Assembly: GCA_036267775.1 (NCBI GenBank)
Contig: DATAVM010000195.1
Span: forward strand, 1-62,441
Source: Gemmatimonadales bacterium
GTDB lineage: Bacteria > Gemmatimonadota > Gemmatimonadetes > Gemmatimonadales > GWC2-71-9
DNA: 62,441 nucleotides
Direction: 5' to 3'
The translations under genes and the position numbers were made by a program. The notes below the pieces were generated by a model, which saw nothing but the letters and a program-made list of their open reading frames with translations, was not told the origin of the DNA and searched no databases. Positions within the stretch are counted from its first letter, which is position 1, and every line of letters starts with the position of its first letter. This document shows positions 39,288 to 46,595 of this stretch, one piece after another.

Positions 39288-40000
39288 CTGCACCGGTAAC
39301 CAATTCGCCGCTGGTGACCAACACCGCGCCGACCACATCGGCCGCCGACGCCGGCGATCCCACCGACGGTCAGCTGCTGGGCGAGAATGACTTTCTGCAG
39401 CTCCTGGTGACGCAGATGAAAAACCAGGATCCGATGAATCCGATGGACGGCACGCAGCTCGCGACCCAGCTGGCGCAATTCTCGACCGTCGAGCAGCTCA
39501 TCACGCTCAATTCCAAGATGGACGCGCAGACGTCGGCCACGACCCAGGCGCAGCTCGCACAGCAGGAGCAGTTCGGCGCATCGCTCATCGGACGCAGCGT
39601 GGTCACGGACGGTGCCAACGTCACGGTGGCCGATGGCCAGACGCCGACGATCAGCGTCGATCTCGCCAGCGCCGCGCAAACTCTGCATGTCGATGTGATC
39701 GGCAGCGACGGTTCCGTGGTCGGGAGCCAGGACTTCACCAACGTGGCGTCGGGGAGCAGTCTCCTCAACCTCAATCTCGACAAGGTGTCGGCCGGTACGT
39801 ACACCTATAAGGTGACGGCCACCGACAGCAGCGGTGCGGCCGTGACTGCCACCGGTTCGACCGTGAGCCAGGTTCTCGGCACGCTCTTCCAGAACGGCCA
39901 GGTGATGCTGCAGCTCTCCAGCGGCGCCGTGGCGATTACCGATATCTCCGAAATACTGCCCGCCGCCGGCACTGCGGCTTCCACTACCACCCAACAATAG
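39284..40000 (+). CDS. flgD: flagellar hook capping protein FlgD
   Basis: DFLQLLVTQMKNQDPMNPMDGTQLATQLAQFSTVEQL plus an Ig-like C-terminal part. Confidence 0.92.
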   Translation: MTAPVTNSPLVTNTAPTTSAADAGDPTDGQLLGENDFLQLLVTQMKNQDPMNPMDGTQLATQLAQFSTVEQLITLNSKMDAQTSATTQAQLAQQEQFGASLIGRSVVTDGANVTVADGQTPTISVDLASAAQTLHVDVIGSDGSVVGSQDFTNVASGSSLLNLNLDKVSAGTYTYKVTATDSSGAAVTATGSTVSQVLGTLFQNGQVMLQLSSGAVAITDISEILPAAGTAASTTTQQ

Positions 40001-40012
40001 GAGGATCCCCAG

Positions 40013-41266
40013 GTGCTCAGTGCGCTCTATGCGGCCGTCTCCGGGCTCGAGAATCACCAGACCCGGCTCGACGTGATCGCGAACAACATTGCCAACGTCA
40101 ACACGACGGCCTTCAAGGCATCGCGCGTGACGTTCAAGGAGGCGTTTGTCCAGCTCTTGCAGGGCGCGTCCCGTCCGCCAGGCGACCTGGGTGGTGTGAA
40201 CCCGATGCAGATCGGCTCGGGGATGAACATCGGCAGCATCGACCAGTTGATGACGCAGGGCACCCTCGAATCGACGGGGCAGAACACCGACCTTGCGATT
40301 CAGGGCGACGGCTTCTTTGTCGTCTCCAACGGGTCGCAGCAGCTCTACACGCGCGCCGGCAATTTCCAGCTCGACGCCGACGGCCACCTCATCTCGGCCG
40401 ACAACGGCTACATCGTGCAGGGCATCAATGCCGACACGTCGGGGAACATCTCGTCGTCGTCAAGCATCTCGAACATCGCGCTGCCGATCGGGCAGAAGGC
40501 CGCGGCCAAGGCGACCGCCAACATCACGCTCACCGGCGATCTCGATGCCAGCGCCGCGGTCGGCGATACGCACGACATGAGCGTCACGGTCTACGACGCA
40601 CTGGGCGCCGCGCACACGCTCGACATGACCTTTACCAATACGGCACCCGGCGCCTGGAGCTGGTCCGCCACGTCTCCCGATGCCGACGTCAGTACCGGCA
40701 CCGGAACGGCCACCTTTGACGGCACCGGCAAGCTCCTGACCTTTACCGCGCCGGGCACCGGGACCTCGCTCACGATTACGCCGTCCAACGGCGCCGATCC
40801 ATTCGATGTGAACGTCAACGCCGGTACCATCGGCGACATCGACGGCCTGGCGGGCTTTGGCCACAGCTCCAACGCGGTGATCAGCCAGCAGGACGGCTAC
40901 ACCTCGGGCGATCTGGAATCGATCAGCGTCGACGCCCAGGGGGTCGTCACGGGAGCGTTCTCCAACGGTGTCTCCCATGCGCTTGCCCAGATCTCGCTGG
41001 CGGAATTCAACAATCCGTCCGGCCTCCTCCGGCAGGGCGACAGCACGTATTCCGAGTCGGCCAACTCGGGGTTGCCGGTGATCGGCTTTGCCGGCACGAG
41101 CAATACGTCCACCATCACGCCGGGCGCGCTGGAGAACTCCAACGTCGACCTGTCCGCCGAATTCACGGACATGATCGAAACCCAGCGCGGCTTCCAGGCC
41201 AACGCGCGCGTGATCACGACGGCCGACGAGATGCTGAGCGAACTGGTGAACATGCAGCAGCGCTGA
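40013..41266 (+). CDS. flgE: flagellar hook protein FlgE
   Basis: MLSALYAAVSGLENHQTRLDVIANNIANVNTTAFK... and C-terminal LENSNVDLSAEFTDMIETQRGFQANARVITTADEML. Confidence 0.93.
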   Translation: MLSALYAAVSGLENHQTRLDVIANNIANVNTTAFKASRVTFKEAFVQLLQGASRPPGDLGGVNPMQIGSGMNIGSIDQLMTQGTLESTGQNTDLAIQGDGFFVVSNGSQQLYTRAGNFQLDADGHLISADNGYIVQGINADTSGNISSSSSISNIALPIGQKAAAKATANITLTGDLDASAAVGDTHDMSVTVYDALGAAHTLDMTFTNTAPGAWSWSATSPDADVSTGTGTATFDGTGKLLTFTAPGTGTSLTITPSNGADPFDVNVNAGTIGDIDGLAGFGHSSNAVISQQDGYTSGDLESISVDAQGVVTGAFSNGVSHALAQISLAEFNNPSGLLRQGDSTYSESANSGLPVIGFAGTSNTSTITPGALENSNVDLSAEFTDMIETQRGFQANARVITTADEMLSELVNMQQR

Positions 41267-41283
41267 GCATCCACCGCTCACGC

Positions 41284-41331
41284 GTCGAGGCGGTGGCGGG
41301 CTCCAATCCGCCATCGCCTCGACGGCTTTTT
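41284..41331 (+). terminator. rho-independent terminator after flgE
   Basis: 16-bp stem GTCGAGGCGGTGGCGG / CCGCCATCGCCTCGAC (one G-U pair), 8-nt loop, then GGCTTTTT. Confidence 0.8.
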
Positions 41332-41393
41332 GGTCCCGGCAAGTATCGCCATCCAGTCGGCATTATCTGCCGCTGGTGATCCCGGTTCGCGGT

Positions 41394-41416
41394 CCCGCGC
41401 CGACCAACGGCGCGGG
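41394..41416. promoter_or_regulatory. perfect inverted repeat CCCGCGCCG-accaa-CGGCGCGGG, candidate enhancer (UAS) for the fliL sigma-54 promoter
   Basis: 9-bp arms; centre about 67 bp upstream of the -24 GG. No U tract, so it is not a terminator. Confidence 0.3.
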
Positions 41417-41469
41417 AAATCCATGCTAAGTCCTTACCCATCAATCAGATAGAAGCACGCCTGTCCCCT

Positions 41470-41485
41470 TGGTACGGGCGTTGCC
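41470..41485 (+). promoter_or_regulatory. sigma-54-type promoter of the fliL operon
   Basis: TGGTACgggcgTTGCc: close match to TGGCAC-N5-TTGC. GG 41471-72, GC 41483-84. About 40 nt upstream of the fliL GTG. Confidence 0.7.
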
Positions 41486-41524
41486 TAACCGGGGACCAAT
41501 GACGCCCCCGATCCGGCACTTCTA

Positions 41525-42019
41525 GTGGCCACACCCACCGCGCCCACAGCGGAGGCCGTGGCTCCCGTCGCGCCCAGCAATGTCCAGACAATTGGTCTGG
41601 GCGTGCTGGCGCTCGCGATCGGTGCAGTGATTGGCACGCTTTTCATCGGCCCGCGGTTGCGTCCCTCGTCGCTGGCGGCCGGCGCCCAGGCGTCGGCAGC
41701 AGCGCCCAAGAAGGAAGAGCCGGCGCGGATCTTCCGGCTCGACAACGTCATCGTCAATCCGGCGGCGTCGCAGGGGCAGCGCTTCCTGATCGTGTCGGTG
41801 GCGGTCGAAGTGCGGACGCCGGAAGCGGAAGCGCATCTCAAGGAATCCGAGGTCGCGTTCCGTGACGCCGTGATCGGCATCGTCGAGCGGATGACGCTGG
41901 AGCAGCTTTCCCAGACCGGTGCCCGTGATTCTCTGCGGCAGATCCTGACGGCGTCGGCAATTCGCTTTGCCCACGACAGTGCGCTGCATGTGTATCTCCC
42001 GCAATTCCTGATTCAGTAG
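41525..42019 (+). CDS. fliL: flagellar basal body-associated protein FliL
   Basis: 164 aa, single TM. FRLDNVIVNPAASQGQRFLIVSVAVEV...RDAVIGIVERMTLEQL...VYLPQFLIQ. Confidence 0.88.
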   Translation: MATPTAPTAEAVAPVAPSNVQTIGLGVLALAIGAVIGTLFIGPRLRPSSLAAGAQASAAAPKKEEPARIFRLDNVIVNPAASQGQRFLIVSVAVEVRTPEAEAHLKESEVAFRDAVIGIVERMTLEQLSQTGARDSLRQILTASAIRFAHDSALHVYLPQFLIQ

Positions 42020-42020
42020 G

Positions 42021-42944
42021 ATGGCCACGGTCGCGCCCAGCCTCGACGTGCGGCCCTATGATTTCCGCGCCGCGCCACGTCTTGGTGTTCCCGAAACGGC
42101 GGCGCTCGCGGCACAGCAGGCCGAGTTTGCCGACGCGCTCCAGCCGATCTGGGGCGCCCGGCTGCGGCGTCCGGTCAAGCTGCAAGCGGGAGCGGCGAGT
42201 CCGCTCTCGCACGCCGAGTATCTGCAGGCCGTCTCGAATGCGACGCCGCGCTTTCTGGGCGCGGTCGGTGGCACGGCCGGTGTCGCGGTTCTGCTCGTCC
42301 TCACGCCGGAACTCGCGGTGTTCGCGGTGGACCGCTTGATGGGCGGTCCCGGCAACGCCGCCGCCACGCCGCGGCCGCTCACACCGCTCGAGCAGACCGT
42401 GCTGGGCGACCTCCTGCAGCGCGCCCTCGTGCCGCTGGGCACCGCCCTCGCGATTGCGCCCGGCGCAGCGGCCGCCGGCAGCGTGATCATGGTGACCGAC
42501 GATACCGCGCCGCCGATCGTGGCGAGTGACGAGAGTGTGCTTGCACTGCCCTTTGATGTCGAGTGCGGCGATGTGACCGGACGCCTGACCGTGATGGTGG
42601 CGCGGCACGCCGTGCACAAGGCGCCTGCCGGTATCACGTCGGCGCCGCAGTCCGCGGCGCAAGCGCGCGAACTGATCGAACGCCATCTGGTGTCGGCGCA
42701 GGTGCCGGTGATGGCGTGCATCGGCTTTCAGTGGGCCGCGGCGCGCCTGGCCGGCATGCGTCCGGGGCAGGTGCTCGACACCGGACACGCCAGTCGCGGC
42801 GCGGTGGAAGTGCATGTCAACGGCCGGCCACTCTGTGCCGGCATGCTCGGACGACAGAACGGCCATGTGGGCGTGCGCGTGTCGCATCCCATTGCGCCCG
42901 ACACGAGTGAACCCCCTGTCCTGCGAAGGAAGCGCGCGCCATGA
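42021..42944 (+). CDS. fliM: flagellar motor switch protein FliM (short N-terminus)
   Basis: MATVAPSLDVRPYDFRAAPRL..., FliM middle domain, C-terminal SpoA domain. An in-frame TGA at 42009-11 rules out a longer N-terminus. Confidence 0.9.
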   Translation: MATVAPSLDVRPYDFRAAPRLGVPETAALAAQQAEFADALQPIWGARLRRPVKLQAGAASPLSHAEYLQAVSNATPRFLGAVGGTAGVAVLLVLTPELAVFAVDRLMGGPGNAAATPRPLTPLEQTVLGDLLQRALVPLGTALAIAPGAAAAGSVIMVTDDTAPPIVASDESVLALPFDVECGDVTGRLTVMVARHAVHKAPAGITSAPQSAAQARELIERHLVSAQVPVMACIGFQWAAARLAGMRPGQVLDTGHASRGAVEVHVNGRPLCAGMLGRQNGHVGVRVSHPIAPDTSEPPVLRRKRAP

Positions 42945-43300
42945 CCGACTTGAGTGCAGCGGCTGCGGAAGCCACGGCGGCGATGGCCGATCCCCAACTC
43001 GATGAACTGGGCCAGGGCGCGCAGCGCGTCGGCGGCGCCACGCTCGACACGCTGCTCGACATGATGCTGCCGGTGCGCGTGGAATTCGGCCGCACCACCA
43101 TGTCCATGCAGGACGTGCTCGATCTGGGCCCCGGCTCGGTCATTCAGCTCGACCGTCTCGTCGGTGAGCCGATCGACATCTACGTCAGCGATCGGCGGCT
43201 GGCCGAGGGCGAAGTGGTGGTGATCGGCGAGACATTCGGCATCCGGATCACGCGGATCGTCACGCCGGCTCGCGACGGCGCGCGCGCGACCGGACGCTGA
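42941..43300 (+). CDS. fliN: flagellar motor switch protein FliN
   Basis: 119 aa. LLDMMLPVRVEFGRTTMSMQDVLDLGPGSVIQLDRLVGEPIDIYVSDRRLAEGEVVVIGETFGIRI. Confidence 0.92.
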   Translation: MTDLSAAAAEATAAMADPQLDELGQGAQRVGGATLDTLLDMMLPVRVEFGRTTMSMQDVLDLGPGSVIQLDRLVGEPIDIYVSDRRLAEGEVVVIGETFGIRITRIVTPARDGARATGR

Positions 43301-43303
43301 GCG

Positions 43304-44434
43304 ATGTGGCTGGCGTTTGCGGCACTCCTCATCACCATCGGCGTCATGGCGCTGGCACTGCGCCTGCTCGGGCGCATGCATGGCGTGCCGATGCGCGGCA
43401 ACCGTCCGCGAAGTCTCGATCTGCTCGACCGCGTATCCACCGGACCGCGCCAGGGTGTGGTGTTGCTGCGGGCCGGTGAACGCGTGCTGATCGTTGGTGT
43501 TGGCGAAAGTCACACGCTGCTGGGTGAACTGGATGGCGCCGATCGCGCGCTCGCGCTCCAGGAGAGCCGTCCGGCGGCCGGGACCGCGCCGCTGGGCTTC
43601 CGGAGCATCCTGGCGGGATTCGGTCTGCTGATCGCGCTGATGGCGCTGCCGGCCGTGAGTCATGCCCAGATCATCACGGCACCGCCGCCGACTCGTGCCC
43701 GCACCACATCAGGTGCCAGTGGTCCCGCGGCACCACAGGTCCACGGTCCGGCCGCGCCGACCGTGAACGTCAGCGTCGGCACGCCGGGCGACCAGCTCCA
43801 GCTCACCGGCGCCGTTGGCGTGGTGGTGCTCATGGGCGCGCTCACGCTGCTGCCCGCGATGTTCATGCTGATGACGGGCTTTACCCGCATCGTGATCGTG
43901 CTGTCTTTTCTTCGCTCCGCCATGGGCACGCAGACCGCGCCACCCACCGCACTCCTCGTGGCGATCGCGGTCATCATCACCGGCGTGGTGATGCGTCCGG
44001 TGCTCGAGGCGGAAAATCACGACGCGCTGCAGCCCTATCTCCGCGGTGAGATCACCCAGGTGCAGGCATACGATGCGGGCATCCTTCCGCTTCGCAAGTT
44101 CATGCTCGCCAACACGCGCGATCGCGATCTCGCGGCGATGGCCGGGATGAGCAACTCACCCCCGGCCGCCACCATCGCCGATATCCCGACCATGACGGTG
44201 ATTGCGGCCTTCGTGATCGGTGAGCTGCGCACGGCCTTCCAGATGGGCTTTGTGATCTTCCTGCCGTTTCTGGTCATCGATCTGATCGTGGCGTCGGTGC
44301 TGATGAGCATGGGCATGTTCATGCTCCCGCCCGTGATGGTATCGCTGCCATTCAAGCTGCTGCTCTTTGTGTTGGCCGATGGCTGGATGCTGGTGGTGCA
44401 GAATCTCGTCGCCTCGTTCCGGGTGCCGGTGTGA
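43304..44434 (+). CDS. fliP: FliO-FliP in a single reading frame (export-gate protein FliP with N-terminal FliO-like module)
   Basis: Residues 1 to about 95: TM plus LDLLDRVSTGPRQGVVLLRAGERVLIVGVGESHTLLGEL (FliO-like). Then a signal-peptide-like FRSILAGFGLLIALMALPAVSHAQ, then canonical FliP (MLMTGFTRIVIVLSFLRSAMGTQ...). No stop and no in-frame ATG/GTG/TTG before the FliP signal peptide. Confidence 0.85.
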   Translation: MWLAFAALLITIGVMALALRLLGRMHGVPMRGNRPRSLDLLDRVSTGPRQGVVLLRAGERVLIVGVGESHTLLGELDGADRALALQESRPAAGTAPLGFRSILAGFGLLIALMALPAVSHAQIITAPPPTRARTTSGASGPAAPQVHGPAAPTVNVSVGTPGDQLQLTGAVGVVVLMGALTLLPAMFMLMTGFTRIVIVLSFLRSAMGTQTAPPTALLVAIAVIITGVVMRPVLEAENHDALQPYLRGEITQVQAYDAGILPLRKFMLANTRDRDLAAMAGMSNSPPAATIADIPTMTVIAAFVIGELRTAFQMGFVIFLPFLVIDLIVASVLMSMGMFMLPPVMVSLPFKLLLFVLADGWMLVVQNLVASFRVPV

Positions 44435-44700
44435 ACCCCCAGCTCGCCATCGACCTGATGCAGCACACGCTGACACTCACGCTCACCGTGGCGGGGCCCC
44501 TGCTGCTCGCCGCACTTGCGGTCGGCATTCTGATGTCGCTGCTGCAGGCAATCACGCAGATCCAGGAGCAGAGCCTCACCTTCATTCCCAAGCTGGTGGT
44601 GGTGGCGCTGGTCTTTGTGCTCACCTTGCCGCTGGCACTGCGGCTGATGGTGCAGTTCACCATCGAGATGTTCCGCTCGCTGCCCTCGGTGGCCCGCTGA
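44431..44700 (+). CDS. fliQ: flagellar export-gate protein FliQ
   Basis: 89 aa. LLLAALAVGILMSLLQAITQIQEQSLTFIPKLVVV. Confidence 0.93.
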   Translation: MNPQLAIDLMQHTLTLTLTVAGPLLLAALAVGILMSLLQAITQIQEQSLTFIPKLVVVALVFVLTLPLALRLMVQFTIEMFRSLPSVAR

Positions 44701-45497
44701 ATCCGCACTCGCTGATCGACGCGCTTCAGCCGCTCAACTGGCCGGTGCTCGTGCTGGTCACCGCACGCGTGGCCGGAGTGATGCTGATCGCGCCGATCTG
44801 GTCGATGTCCGGCATTCCGACCACGGTGCGCGGCGCCATCGCGGTCGTGGTGAGTCTCGTGCTTCTGCCGTCCGTGCCGCATGTCGACGTGTCGATCGAC
44901 GCCGCGAGCGTGGTGGTCCCGCTGCTGACGGAAATGATGCTCGGCGTTGCCATCGGGCTTTCGTCGGCCGTCTTTCTCTCCGGGATCTCGGTGGCCGCGG
45001 AGGTGATCTCGCTGCAGATGGGACTCTCCCTCGGTCCCGCGATCGGTGGAATGAGTGACACCGGCAGTCCCGGTGTCGGCCAGCTCGAGTCGCAGGTGGC
45101 GCTGATGGTCTACGTCTCGCTCGGCGGACACATCGCGCTGCTTGGCGCGATCGCGCGGAGCTTTCACGCCGTGCCGCCCGGCGCACCGCTTGCGTTGAGC
45201 GCCGGCGCACGCTCGCTGCTCGAGCTGGGCGGCACCGTGTTTGTGGTCGCCGTGCAAGTGGCCGCACCAATGCTGGTGGCGCTGCTGGTGACCAATCTCG
45301 GGCTCGCCATCCTCAACCGCGCGGTGCCGCAGCTCAATACCATGATGGTGGCGGTGCCGATCACCGTGAGCGTCGGCCTGATCACCATCGGCGCCGCGTT
45401 GCCGTACACCGTGCGCCTGATGGCCAACTGGGCGATGTCCACCGGCCCCGCCGCCGATGCGATGGTGCGCGCACTCACGCCCGTCGTGGCGCACTAG
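44697..45497 (+). CDS. fliR: flagellar export-gate protein FliR (start codon unresolved)
   Basis: ...LNWPVLVLVTARVAGVMLIAPIWS... through ...LTPVVAH. No ATG/GTG/TTG near the expected N-terminus. CTG 44697 (CTGA overlap with the fliQ stop) or GTG 44745 are candidates. Confidence 0.8.
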   Translation: MNPHSLIDALQPLNWPVLVLVTARVAGVMLIAPIWSMSGIPTTVRGAIAVVVSLVLLPSVPHVDVSIDAASVVVPLLTEMMLGVAIGLSSAVFLSGISVAAEVISLQMGLSLGPAIGGMSDTGSPGVGQLESQVALMVYVSLGGHIALLGAIARSFHAVPPGAPLALSAGARSLLELGGTVFVVAVQVAAPMLVALLVTNLGLAILNRAVPQLNTMMVAVPITVSVGLITIGAALPYTVRLMANWAMSTGPAADAMVRALTPVVAH

Positions 45498-45500
45498 CCG

Positions 45501-46595
45501 ATGGCCGAATCGAGCGCGCAGGAAAAGACCGAACGCCCGACGCTGCGGCGCCGCACGCAGGCGCACGACGACGGCCAGGTCCCGCGCAGCCAGGAACTTT
45601 CCGGCGCGGTGGTCGTGATGGGTGGCGCACTGGCGCTGGCGTTCTTTGGCGGCTCGGCGATCGCGCACGGTGTGGTCGCCACACTCCGCGACCAGATGAG
45701 CACGTTGAGCCACGGCCCCATGACGGTGGGCGATGCGTCCGATCTGCTTCGCACGCAGACCGTGGGAATCTTCACCGCACTCGCGCCGTTCCTGCTGGCG
45801 GTTTTTGTTCCAGCGCTCGCTGTCAACGCCATTCAGGCGCGCGGCGTGCTGTCCTTCAAGCCCATCACGCCGGACTTCTCGCGCGTGAGCCCGGCGTCGG
45901 GCCTCAAGCGCCTCCTCAGCGGACAATCGATTTTCACGCTCTTCAAGGCGATCGTCAAGCTCACCATCATCGCGACCATCGGCTGGCTCGCCATTGGCGA
46001 TGCGTGGCCGCGGATCGCGAGCCTGACCGGCGGCGATCCGGGTGCAGTGGTCGACCTGATTCGCACGCTGGCGTTTCGTTTGGTGCTTCTGTCCGGTCTC
46101 GCCTTTCTCGCGCTCTCCTTGCTGGACTACGGCGTCGCCGTGTGGCGGCACGACCGCCAGTTGCGGATGACGCGCGAGGAAGTGGTGCAGGAGTTCCGCG
46201 AGACCGAGGGCAACCCGCTGCTCAAGAGCCGGATGAAGTCGCTCGGGCTGGCGCTGGTGCGGCGGCGCATGCTGCACCGCGTCAAGGAAGCCGACGTCAT
46301 CATCGTCAACCCGACGAGCATTGCCGTCGCGATCCGCTACGACGGCATTTCGCCGGCACCGGTGGTGCTCGCGATGGGTCGGCGCAAGCTGGCCGAGCGG
46401 ATCGTGCTGCTCGCACGCGCCGCAAATGTGCCGGTGATCCAGAACATTCCAGTGGCTCGCGCGCTGATCGCCAGCGCCTCGGTGGGCCGGCCCATTCCGC
46501 CGGCGCTCTATGCCGCCGTGGCTGAAGTACTCGCGTTCGTCTACCGGCAGCGCGGCCGGCTGCCGCAGGCGCTCTCCAACGTGAAGCTCGCGTGA
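45501..46595 (+). CDS. flhB: flagellar export switch protein FlhB
   Basis: MAESSAQEKTERPT...; four TM helices; REEVVQEFRETEGNPLLKSRMK; cleavage-site region VIIVNPTSIAVAIRY. Confidence 0.93.
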   Translation: MAESSAQEKTERPTLRRRTQAHDDGQVPRSQELSGAVVVMGGALALAFFGGSAIAHGVVATLRDQMSTLSHGPMTVGDASDLLRTQTVGIFTALAPFLLAVFVPALAVNAIQARGVLSFKPITPDFSRVSPASGLKRLLSGQSIFTLFKAIVKLTIIATIGWLAIGDAWPRIASLTGGDPGAVVDLIRTLAFRLVLLSGLAFLALSLLDYGVAVWRHDRQLRMTREEVVQEFRETEGNPLLKSRMKSLGLALVRRRMLHRVKEADVIIVNPTSIAVAIRYDGISPAPVVLAMGRRKLAERIVLLARAANVPVIQNIPVARALIASASVGRPIPPALYAAVAEVLAFVYRQRGRLPQALSNVKLA

